A stretch of 64,000 nt of DNA from contig RQSC01000002.1 of the NCBI GenBank assembly GCA_013416795.1, positions 224,603 to 288,602 of the forward strand, given 5' to 3'. The position numbers were made by a program, and so were the translations under genes. Shown here piece after piece: positions 54,258 to 64,000 of the stretch. Position 1 is the stretch's first letter; the number at the start of each line of letters is the position of its first letter. The stretch comes from Prasinococcaceae sp. CCMP 1430. Lineage: Eukaryota > Plantae > Prasinodermophyta. The notes below the pieces were generated by a model. It saw nothing but the letters and a program-made list of their open reading frames with translations. It made no database searches and was not told the DNA's origin.

Positions 54258-55410
54258 TCACGCGCGCACCGCTGCGGCCGTCACGTGTGGTGCGATCAGG
54301 TCGCCGCCAGGGACAAAGAATCCCGCCACCTCGCAGGCCTTAAACGGGTGTGCCCCGCCATGCGCGTCGGGGGCGCTCGGCACTTCGTCGGGTTCGCACG
54401 CAAACGCCTCGCCAGTGCATGCGACGGAGGCTGACAGCTCGGCGAGGAGCGCGCCCGTGCGGCGCGTGAGATGGCAATTGCCCGCCAGTGCCTGCTGCAG
54501 CGGATCGAGTGCGCGCTGCTTCCGCGCGAGCGGCGTCCCTGCGGCTGCACTGACGTGCTCGAGCAGCAGCAGGCGGCCGCCGGGGCGCAGCACGCGCGCG
54601 GCCTCGGCGAGCACTGCATGCGGCGAGCGCACGGAGCACAGGCAGAACGTCGACACCACGACGTCGGCAGAGGCACTTGCGAAGGGCAATGACTCGGCGG
54701 TGGCGTTCACGAGCTCCAGCTCGACGCCTGCTGCGTCCGCCGCTTCTGCGGCACGTGCAGCGAAGGCAGCGTTCGGGTCCACCCCTAGCACGCGCGTGCC
54801 CCTGGGATAATGACTCACATTGGGCGCTGCGCCCAAGCCAATCTCAACGACGACGTCGCTGCGAGCGCGCGATGGTGGTGTGTGTCGAGCGGGTGGAGGT
54901 GGGTGGGTTGGTGGGGGGTGGGTGGGTAGGGGTCAGCACGAATCCGCTTCCATGCACCCACGTTGAGACCACCTCACGCGCTGTGCGCACCTCTGCTTGA
55001 TGGGATTCCTCGCGAAAAGCTCGTCTCGTCTACGTTCGATCTCCGCTGCGTGCTCGGGCGTGTCGATAGCCACCGCGTACGACACTAGGCGCTCGTAGAG
55101 CGTGGGCTTTGTGCCAGCCGGATAGGCGGCCGGCCCTTGTGCGAGCGCGGCGGGTGCCGAGGCCATGCATGTGCCGCAGCAGCAGCAGGCGGCGCCGGCC
55201 GCGATTAGCAGACTGCGCCTACCTGCAAAGCCGTCGGCTCGGGTGTCGCCCTCGCCAAAGCACTCGGCACCGCCTCGAGCGCCCCCCGGGCTGACGTCGG
55301 CGCGAGCGCCCTCTGCGTCGCCTGCCGCTGCGACGGCCGCGCGCGTCGCACCCGCCGCGCTCAGGTCGATTCGAAGAGCCTCGCCAAGGTCATCAGCGCG
55401 CTCAAAGGAT
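54258..55410 (-). CDS. Class I SAM methyltransferase (type 11, METTL7-like), probably plastid; intron 54859-54990; start uncertain
   Basis: VVEIGLGAAPN, GVDPN, AESLPFASASADVVVSTFCLCSV, RVLRPGG..LLLEH, CHLTR. Confidence 0.85.
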
Positions 55411-55719
55411 CCGCGGGGCACGCGGAGGCGGAGGCGGGGGCTGGGGCCGGGGTGAAGGCGGGGGTGGAGGCAGTGAAAAGGTGGCGGCAGGCGGACGCGT
55501 GGGAGGCCGAGGCGGTGGAAGGCGGCGGGGGTGCGGAGTGGCGGTGGCGGCGGCGGCGGCGGAATGGTTGTGGAGGGCGGCGGCGGGGGTGTGGCCGCGG
55601 AGGGGGGCGGAGGGAGCGGCGGCGGAGGAGTGGCAGCCGCGGGCAGAGGTGGGAGCTGCGGTGGCGATGGCGGGGCGCAGCCGCCATCGCCGCGCGCGCT
55701 GCGCGCCTTCCGCGCGCGC

Positions 55720-56949
55720 ATGGCTCGTGGAGGCGACGACGTGGCCAACGGCAACGCGCGGCGGCCCACGCCTGCCGCAACTATCGCGCGCGACACTGGC
55801 GTGGAGAGCGCAGCAGGTGACGCGTTGTGCTGGGCGACGCTGCGCGGCCGCGCGTGCACATGCCACGGCAAGCGCTTGCACCTCGAGCCCCGGCCGTGCG
55901 CCGCGCACATCGAATGGGTCATCGGGCAGTCCAGGGCGCCGTGCGTGTCGGCGAGCTGCGCGCCGGCTGCGCACCCAACAGCCAGCGCAGTGCGCGATGC
56001 CATCGTGGCCTTCCTAGGCGGCGATGACGCTGTTCAATGGCGCGACGCGCTGCCCCCCTCGCCCGCTCCGCCCCCGCCGCCTCCTGAAGAGCCAGCGGCC
56101 CTCCTCTTGCGCGCCGCTGCCGCGGAGGACCCGGTAGAGCCCTACAGCCTGCCATCGTTTTGGATGGAGGAGCACGCGCGCCTCTTCAGGGGCGCCGGCG
56201 CGCCTGAGTGGCTCGGCGCGCCGTGGCTCGCGCGGGCACTCCTCGCGCGTGGCGGCGGTCGCCTCTGGCGCACGGCGCGCCGCCGCGCGATGCTCAAGGA
56301 GCTTAGCGAGAGCGCCGCGGCGATCGGTCGCGTCGCCGAGGCGTGCGCCGCTGCGGGCGGCTCGCCGGACGGCGAGGGCGGCGTGGTCTTTGATATTGCG
56401 GCCGGGCGCGGTCTGACCTCAATGCTGCTGGCGTACGCCCTTCCAAAGCTGCGCATCGTTATGGTCGACATCGATGACAAGATGGACCTTAGCCACCTCG
56501 CTGAGGTGCTCGAGGACGGGCGCGTGCGCTATTTCCGGTTGTCGGTCTTTACCGAGGCCTTCGAGCAGCTCGTCGCGAACGAGGCGGCGGCAGCGACATG
56601 GTCGTGCACCGTGGGAACGCACCTCTGCGGCTCGCTCAGCCCGCGGCTGGTGACCGTCTTCAGCACAATCGAGGCACTCGGATCCATGATTCTTAGCCCG
56701 TGCTGCCTCAAGGGGTGGATGGGGCGCGACGTACAGAGGCGCGCAAAGGAGGCCGGGTGCAGCCCGTATGCGACCCTCTGCGAGACGCTCCGCGCGCTCG
56801 CCGCGGGTGATGACCTGGCTGCGACCGAGCGCCCGGCTGGCGCGCCAATCGAGGTGACGCTTGCCTTCGACGCGAGCGTCTTGAGCCCGAAAAATGGCTA
56901 CGTCGTCGCTGCGCGCGCGCCCAAGCGTCGCCGGCCGCCCCTCCGGTGA
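55720..56949 (+). CDS. Methyltransferase (Methyltransf_32-like) with N-terminal Cys/His cluster; start uncertain
   Basis: VFDIAAGRGLTS, VMVDID, VGTHLCGSLS, LSPCC. Confidence 0.7.
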   Translation: MARGGDDVANGNARRPTPAATIARDTGVESAAGDALCWATLRGRACTCHGKRLHLEPRPCAAHIEWVIGQSRAPCVSASCAPAAHPTASAVRDAIVAFLGGDDAVQWRDALPPSPAPPPPPPEEPAALLLRAAAAEDPVEPYSLPSFWMEEHARLFRGAGAPEWLGAPWLARALLARGGGRLWRTARRRAMLKELSESAAAIGRVAEACAAAGGSPDGEGGVVFDIAAGRGLTSMLLAYALPKLRIVMVDIDDKMDLSHLAEVLEDGRVRYFRLSVFTEAFEQLVANEAAAATWSCTVGTHLCGSLSPRLVTVFSTIEALGSMILSPCCLKGWMGRDVQRRAKEAGCSPYATLCETLRALAAGDDLAATERPAGAPIEVTLAFDASVLSPKNGYVVAARAPKRRRPPLR

Positions 56950-57036
56950 GGCCGCGCGACGAGAGCGACGGGGCAGCGCAGGCGCCAGGCCGCCGACGGT
57001 CTAATAAACAGATAATACTTCACTGAAGTACAAGCC

Positions 57037-60000
57037 TCAGAGCCTTCGGCGAGCTTGCAGGCGCGTGCGGTAGGCGTGCGAGACGCCCCGCAGGTGTCCC
57101 AAGTTCTCAGACTCGAGCATCGCGTGCTGGGCGGCGAGCTCACCGAGGAAGTCCTCGTCCTCTGACACGTCGGAGAGCACTTCGGCGAGGTCGGTGGCCA
57201 CGGAATCGCCGTCGCTGCGGTCATCGATGTTGTACGTGCAATCGCTCTCAGTGTCGCAGCAAGTACTGTCGCCAAGCGGCTCGCGTGCGGCAGCGGTGAG
57301 ATCACCAATGACGCCCGCTGCATCTTCGGCGTCGTCACCGTTGTCAGATTGGCCGTTGTTGCTGTTGTGCAATTTTTGCCCGACGAGGTAGCGCTGCACT
57401 CGCGCGGCGTGTGTGGTGAAGGGGAAAAACGACAGATGAGAGCGTCAGCGTTGTCCGGGCGTCCTACGCGGACGCACGGGCGCTCGCACACGCGCGCATT
57501 GACACCAGCGCGCGAAGAAAGCGGCCCGCAGGCACGTACCTCGTCGAAGATGCTCGCGTGTAACTCGGAGAACCACGCAAGTGCGCCACGGCATGCCAGC
57601 CAGCCCATGCCCGCAGCAGCGGACGCCGCCCACGCGTAGCGCACGCATGCGCGCTCGCCGCCCGCGCCAACGTAAGCACCGACGACGGGGCCGACCACCA
57701 CCTTGGCACACACGTAGGGAAATGTGAGGACGGTGAGCAGCAAGCAGAAAAACGGCCAGATCACGTGCCTCATCACGTATGCCGGCCTGAGGTTGGCCAG
57801 GCCATCTCTGCGCACTGCTTCAAAGCGAACGCGCCACTCGTCACCACCCAGGAGCTGCGGCACGTCAAGGCCGAGGAACACAAGGCGAGTCCACACCTTG
57901 AGTGCGAGTATGCCCAGCACCCAATCCTGATAAGGCATTAGCAAGGGCGTCTCGTCGACGGCCACACGCAGTGGAACGAGCACGAAAAGCTCGAAGATGG
58001 TGCCAACAAGTAACGGGATGACCACGCCCCACATGAAAAGCAGCACAGTCGCCAAGGCGAACTGCACAGCACAGCGCGCGACGACGGCCGCCGTCTCCCG
58101 CGGAGCGCTGCGCGCAAGTAGCCACCTGCCGCGGCGAGCCGCAGCGCACGCGCCCCACAGCGCGTAGGAACCGATTCCAAATGCGTACGCGTCGTGGGCG
58201 ACGGGAAGTCGCAGGCATGCGCACAGAGACTTGCCTGTCGCGAGAGGGACGAGCAGCGTAGCCGTCATGCATGCAACCAAACTCAGCCATCCCACCATAC
58301 ATATCCCGGCGATGCGCACGCCGTAGTGGCTAGGCCTCGGCGACGGCGTGCTGACTCGCTCCATGCCTTCCGCGGCGTCACCATTGAGCAAATCGGCCTG
58401 CCTCCCGTTGAGCTGCCATCCCTCCGCTCTCTCGAGGGGCACATCGACACCCCCGCCGTCTTCGCCGTTGGGGTCTCCGCCGACATGCACGGGGACATCG
58501 GGCAAGAGCTGCGCGTCCACACCAAATGCAGTCGCAGCCCACGTCACCCACTCGCTGAAAAGGCGTCTGAGCGCACGCCGCGGGCGCACGTGCTCGGCCG
58601 TGAACGGCACGACCAGGTGGAAGAGCAGCATATCCACAGGCACCTCAGCAAAGGGGTCGGTGAATCGAAGCTGCACAGGAAAGAGCGATGGTGCCAGTGC
58701 GAGCGCCAACTGAATGGGTATGTACACCAGCAGCACCGTGAGCGTGCCGTAGATCGCCTTTGAGACAACCACGCGCCGCAAGTGTTTGGAGACCGAGTCT
58801 TCGACTAGGTCACGGAAGGGGTTGTAGTTCGGGTCTGCGGGGTCTCGTAGGAACGAGAGCACGCCTGGGCGCAGCACTTCCCGCAGCAAGGCGACGAAAA
58901 TGCTCATGTTGAGCATGAAGGCGATTCCCACGAGCCAGTGCACGTTTGTAGACGTGACCGGGGATGATGACCAGAACTCGAACCTCTCGGCGAGCGTTGC
59001 GCCCAGCAAGGGAAGCGTACAAAAATCAACCCACCATCCACACATGAGCGGAAAGAGACCCAGCTCCATGACCAGCAGCACGGTGACCTTCAGAAGGGTG
59101 CCACCGTAGCGCAGAATCTGCATCAAGTACATCAGGAGCGCCGCATCTGCATGCAAATCGGCGTCTTGTGGCTGGCCGCCCTCCCGCGCCGCGTGTGGAG
59201 GGTTTTCGCCCGCTATGCCTTGCTCTGTTGCCACCGCGCCCTCGTGCGCGCCAGCGCCACGGTGCGCTCCAGTCCCATCGCCGGTGTCCGGCGCGTGTGG
59301 GTTCCACCGCGGGGCGCGTGCGTCCGCATTATCGCCAATGTGCCGCTGTGCTCGCTCCATGTGTGTACCTGGTGCGGGGCCGTCACCGCTCAGCGCATCC
59401 TGGTTGCCGCCGTCATACGCTGCATTGTCACCGCGGTCACCCTCGGCGTGCGGGCGATGTTCCGCCACCGGCGCGCCCCGCCACTCGAGCTGCGCGTTTG
59501 CCCTGCGCACGACACCTCTCAGCAGTACAATCCACGCAGTGGCCAGGAAGAAAACCACAGCGTAGCCAAGCACAAGCGTGGCGGCGCTGGATAGCGCCGG
59601 CTCATCGCCGCCTCCCTCGGCCGCGTCGACGTCGTCCACCGATTCTCGTAGCCTCGCTTCAAGCGCTGCAGGCACATACCCTTCCGGTGCCAGGACCAAG
59701 GTGCGGTGGGCACCCTCGACTAGGGCGCGCATCACGAGCACCGATGGATCTGGCGCCTGCGATGCCTGCAAAGCGGCGATGGCGACATGCTCGCCACCGG
59801 CGCCGCTGGCCACCGCGCGCGCCGCTGCCACGCCGCCAGCCAGCACCATCAGCAGCGCACGTCCGAGCTGCATGGGGATGAACAGGAAGAGGCCCATTGC
59901 GCACGCATTGGAAGCGAGCACGGTAGCCGCTGCCGACAAGAGCGTTCGCCACGGCCCGCGCAGCCCGACGAGCTGGTCGAATGGCACATCTTCCGGGTCG

Positions 60001-60767
60001 TCCTGGTCCGCGTCGACTGCACCTGGGCCCGGGCCCACACCCGCGCCGGCACCCCCACCCCCGCCCGCGCCCCCACCAGCCGGCTGCAACGCGTCTGGGT
60101 GGACAGCGTGCGCCGCAGCCACATGCGGCTCGTTGGCACCATGCGCCCCCTCACGCTCGCGCAAGAGCCGCACGTACTCGCGGAGGCTCGCAACGCCGAG
60201 CAGCAGCAGCACGATGGTGGCGCTCAGTGCAGACCCGAACACGCAGTCGGCGACTACGGCGCCTGGGTCAGACAAGCGCTCGATGATGGCGCTCGCGGCA
60301 CTGGCGGGAGACGCGGTGGTGCTTAGGCGCCACACGCATGCCGTTCCCAATGGCACCGCGCCGGCCCAGGTCGCCGCCACAGCGCCCAGTCGCGTGCCTG
60401 CGCACACCGCGCGCATCCCTCGGCGTGCTATGCCTGCGACAAGCTCGCCGGTCGGCAGCGTGCGTGGCGCGTCGGCGGCATACACCGGCGAGAAGCGGAA
60501 CTCCGTCTTGCACACCTCACAGCTGCGCGCCCCACTGTGTGCGAGCCAGCGCTGCAGGCATTCCTGGTGCACGTAGCGGATCGAGCCCGAGCACGCGCAC
60601 GGGTGGTACAGCGGGCCAAGGCCATTGCCCGCGCCCAGCCTGCAGATGCGGCACTCGGGCTCATCCGACTCCTCGTCGCTGCTCGCAGCGTGCGCCTCCG
60701 CGAGTGCCGCGGCCGCCCTCTCCCTCGCCGCCGCTGCCGCCGCCGCACGCCCTGCGACGGCGCTCAT
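57037..60767 (-). CDS. SUD1: ER-membrane RING-CH E3 ligase Doa10/MARCH6/SUD1; intron 57394-57539
   Basis: CRICR...PCACSGSIRYVHQECLQRWL...CEVCK, DVPFDQLVGL, FPLMCGWW, LREVLRPGVL, YQDW. The splice gives IFDE|RYLVGQKLHN. Confidence 0.96.
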
Positions 60768-61288
60768 CCCCGCCGCCCCGCTCGCAGCAGCAGGAGCAGC
60801 GCCCGCGCGGGGGTCCCGCCGCCCCACGCCGCGCCGCCCGCGCCCCGGCGCGCGGCGCGAGCGGTCTGGTGCCGCTGCGCCGCTGTCAAGGACGAGGCGA
60901 ACAGAATGGCAGGCTCTGAGTGGCGGAGGAGGAGGGCGGAGGGGGGTGGGGGCATGTGCGCCCCCCCTGGATAGGCCGGTGCGCGCGCCTCTCATCCACG
61001 GCGCGCGAGGAAAAAAGCGCTGCCGGGCGCGCGCGCCAACACCCTGGGGTCGCACACCGGTTCAGCCGACACAATCCCGCGTTGAGACCCGGAGCGGTCC
61101 ATGGGATCACGGGGGTGTCTCGACGATACACCTGGGTCAGACGCTCGTTCGAGCTCGGGCCCCGGCCGGCCGCGGGCGCGGCGCTCGCCGGCCGCCCAGG
61201 CAGCGGGTCCGCGGCCTGGATTTCATCCCCGTGGGCTGGGCGCGCGCCGCGCGCGGAAAGCGGGTCGAATCCTGGGCTCGTCCGCCGC

Positions 61289-61361
61289 NNNNNNNNNNNN
61301 NNNNNNNNNNNNNNNNNNNNNNNNNNNNNNNNNNNNNNNNNNNNNNNNNNNNNNNNNNNNN
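61289..61361. other. Assembly gap (N run)
   Basis: Read directly. Confidence 1.
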
Positions 61362-61411
61362 GAGCGGGTGTGGGCCGAGCGGGCGGGCGAGCGATCGAGC
61401 GGGCGGCGGCG

Positions 61412-63511
61412 ATGGCGGCGGCCGCCGCGCCGAAGAAGCACCTGGGCGTGACGGAGCCAATCAGTCTGGCGGGACCGCAGCCCATTGACCTGCGCCAGTC
61501 GGCGGTGCTTGAGGAGTATTTGGTGGAGGCCAAGCTCTACGAGAGTGCCGACGAGGCAACGCACCGCGAGGAGGTGCTCGGCACGCTGGACGCGCTCATC
61601 AAGAAGTGGGTATTCAAGCAGAGCATGCAGCGGCACGGCTTCAGTGAGCAGATGGCCTCGGAGGTGAACGCGAAGATATTTACATTTGGCTCGTACAGGC
61701 TGGGCGTCCACGGCCCGAGCGCTGATATCGACACGCTCTGCATTGGCCCGCGCCACATCACGCGCGAGGAGGACTTCTTCGGTGGCCTCGTGCCAATGCT
61801 GCGCGAACTGCCCGAAGTGACCGAGCTTCAGCCGGTGCCAGACGCGAACGTGCCCGTCATCAAGATGATGTTCGCGGGGGTCGACATCGACCTGCTGTAT
61901 GCGCGCTTGGCGACGCCCACCGTTCCGGACGACTTTGACATCACCCAGGAATCGGTGCTGCGCAACATAGACGACCAGAGCGTCAAGTCGCTGAACGGCT
62001 GCCGCGTCACCGACATGATCCTGCGCCTGGTGCCCAACATCGCACACTTCAGGACGGTGCTGCGCGCGCTCAAGCTGTGGGCGAAGAAGCGCGGCGTGTA
62101 CTCGAACGTGATGGGTTTCCTCGGCGGCGTCAACTGGGCCATCCTCGCGGGGCGCGTGTGCCAGCTCTACCCGAACGCGGCGCCGTCGACGCTCCTCGCG
62201 CGCTTCTTCAGAGTGATGTCGCTCTGGCGCTGGCCAAACCCGATCCTGCTCACCGACATCGATCCCGGCAGCCTAGGCCTGCAGATCTGGGACCCGCGCG
62301 TCAACCCGCGCGACAGGGCGCACCTCTTTCCCATCATCACGCCTGCCTACCCCTGCATGAATTCGAGCTACAACGTGTCAGACTCAACCAAGCGCGTGAT
62401 GGCGCTCGAGTTCGAGCGCGGGCTGCGCATCATGAACGAGATCGAGCGCCAGAAGACGCCCAAGTACGAGCAGCTTTTCGAGCCGGCACCGTTCTTTACG
62501 CTGTACAAAAATTACCTGCAAATCGACGTCGCCTCGGCTAGCGAGGAGCAGCAGAACGTCTGGCTCGGCTGGGCGACGTCGCGCATGCGCCAGCTGGTGA
62601 TGAAGGTCGAGCGCTGCACCAACGGTGCCCTTCAGGTGCACCCCAACCCCAAGGAGTTCACGCTGTCGGAGACGGCCACCTCGTTCTTCATGGGGCTGCA
62701 CAAGATGCCCAAGACGGAGGACGGCGTGCAGAGGCAGGTGGACCTCAGCCCTGCAGTGAAGGAGTTCAAGGCGGCGGTGATGCAGTGGATGTCGTGGAAG
62801 CCTGGCATGGATATCCAGGTGCAGCATATCAAACGCAAGCAAGTGCCTGAGTGGGCGCGGGGGGGCGAACCTCCCAAAGAGGCAGCGCCTGCTGCTGCGC
62901 CAGCGGCCGTGGCGGACGCCCAGGCGCCGGCAAATGGAAACGCGGGGGGTGACGCTGAGCAGACTGCGGCGCCGAGCGAAGGGGCGGCAACAGAAGGGGC
63001 GAATGGCGCTGCTGAGGAGCAGGATGGGGCAGCGGCGCCTGCTACAGGAGCAGCCCCGAGCGCAGACGGTGGCAAGCGAAAGCGCGAAGATGGCGACGGC
63101 GCTAATGATGGCGACGCGAACGGGGCGGCGACGGAAGGTGCCGGCGAGGACGACGTCATCGGTGGAGGGGCGAAGCGCGCGAAGACTCATGCAGACGACT
63201 CTGGGGCAGCACCAGAGGCGGCAGAGGGAGAAGGTGATGCCACCGTGAGTGGGAGCGATCCTCAGGCGGGGGAGGGCGAGGCAAAGGATATTGTCGAGGA
63301 TGATGAGAAGGTCGACGAGGAGGGGAAGCCGGGAAGCGTCAAGCCAAAGGCGGTGAGCTATGCCGACATGGCGAAGCGCCAGCCGAGCGGTTTCGAATTG
63401 AACTCGAGCGTGGCCGGAACCGGCGCTGCGGCAGCAGCAGCCGGCGCAGCGGTGCCTCCTTCCCAGCCAGCGCAGGCGAAGAAGCCCGTCATCAAGCTTG
63501 CGAAGCGGTAG
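61412..63511 (+). CDS. PAPS: Canonical nuclear poly(A) polymerase
   Basis: GVTEPISL, FTFGSYRLGVHGPSADIDTLC, SLNGCRVTD, GFLGGVNWAIL, PIITPAYPCMNSSYNVS. Confidence 0.97.
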   Translation: MAAAAAPKKHLGVTEPISLAGPQPIDLRQSAVLEEYLVEAKLYESADEATHREEVLGTLDALIKKWVFKQSMQRHGFSEQMASEVNAKIFTFGSYRLGVHGPSADIDTLCIGPRHITREEDFFGGLVPMLRELPEVTELQPVPDANVPVIKMMFAGVDIDLLYARLATPTVPDDFDITQESVLRNIDDQSVKSLNGCRVTDMILRLVPNIAHFRTVLRALKLWAKKRGVYSNVMGFLGGVNWAILAGRVCQLYPNAAPSTLLARFFRVMSLWRWPNPILLTDIDPGSLGLQIWDPRVNPRDRAHLFPIITPAYPCMNSSYNVSDSTKRVMALEFERGLRIMNEIERQKTPKYEQLFEPAPFFTLYKNYLQIDVASASEEQQNVWLGWATSRMRQLVMKVERCTNGALQVHPNPKEFTLSETATSFFMGLHKMPKTEDGVQRQVDLSPAVKEFKAAVMQWMSWKPGMDIQVQHIKRKQVPEWARGGEPPKEAAPAAAPAAVADAQAPANGNAGGDAEQTAAPSEGAATEGANGAAEEQDGAAAPATGAAPSADGGKRKREDGDGANDGDANGAATEGAGEDDVIGGGAKRAKTHADDSGAAPEAAEGEGDATVSGSDPQAGEGEAKDIVEDDEKVDEEGKPGSVKPKAVSYADMAKRQPSGFELNSSVAGTGAAAAAAGAAVPPSQPAQAKKPVIKLAKR

Positions 63512-63726
63512 CTTTACCTTCCCGTCCCCGCTCTTGTGGACCTCCAGCGACAGTGTGTTGCTGGCACGCGCCAAGCCGGCGCTTTGTGACAATATTTGTT
63601 CAATTTACTGTCGTCCGGCATGCGTCGCGGCTGCTGCCCACCCCACCCGATTCCCCCCTCGTGACGGCGGTGGCATTCAGTGCCCTGAGCCACGCAGCGC
63701 GCAGGCCTTGCCTGACCTGCCTCGGC

Positions 63727-64000
63727 TCATTTGTGGAGAGGTGTGTCCGCGAACAGCGGTGGCGCGTGCACGGACGTGTAAAACTGCTTCGGCGGCTTCG
63801 TACAGGACTTCTTGCGCGAAGGCGGGGGCTTTTTCATGGAGGTCATGGACGCGAGCAGCGAGTCGAACGCCTCAGACGGCGCGCCTGGCACTTCGCGATC
63901 GCCGCCGCCCGCGGTCACGTCCTCTGGGGCACGCGCCTGCCGCCGCGTCACGCCGTTTTGCGCATCGAGCAGCAGCGAAGTGTCGCGGATGCAATCCTCG
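63727..64000 (-). CDS. 3' end of an unknown gene running off the window
   Basis: Open frame to the window edge ending ...FADTPLHK*; convergent with PAP. Confidence 0.4.
   Translation of the reverse strand, partial: EDCIRDTSLLLDAQNGVTRRQARAPEDVTAGGGDREVPGAPSEAFDSLLASMTSMKKPPPSRKKSCTKPPKQFYTSVHAPPLFADTPLHK

Noticed and set aside
1-64000. tRNA, rRNA, transposase, reverse-transcriptase or viral genes
   Set aside because: None recognised by eye; tRNAscan-SE, Infernal and RepeatModeler would be needed to exclude them

Overview
Eukaryotic nuclear DNA, very GC-rich and gene-dense (about 27 protein-coding loci in 64 kb). It most likely comes from an early-diverging, prasinophyte-grade green alga. 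This is an inference from nuclear genes for plastid proteins (PAA2-type Cu ATPase, CAB-domain ferrochelatase, plastid L6), TGTAA poly(A) signals, and GTRCG/GTGAG...GCTGAC...YAG spliceosomal introns. Genes sit mostly in head-to-head pairs, and all five N sites fall in divergent intergenic regions or at the 5' ends of such pairs, so several 5' exons are missing. Recognisable genes: organellar L20, TLC-domain protein, HMA8/PAA2, CDC14, NSUN5, CTC1-like, FANCA-like, a secreted Cys-rich/Lys-rich/BPTI-Kunitz protein, CFAP20DC-like (in-frame TAG), CFIm25, AMT1, RPA1, a primase-only Twinkle, PDH E1-beta, plastid L6, peroxisomal carrier, ferrochelatase, FMO, MCM4, SCC3, two methyltransferases, SUD1/MARCH6 and poly(A) polymerase. 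Best leads: (1) a FANCA-like protein next to CTC1; (2) an RPA70 that lacks its DBD-C zinc ligands and carries 13 WG/GW motifs in Gly/Gln-rich regions; (3) a helicase-less Twinkle; (4) an animal-type Kunitz secreted protein; (5) an unexplained, highly structured element at 43-358. All homology calls rest on recalled motifs; no database search was run.
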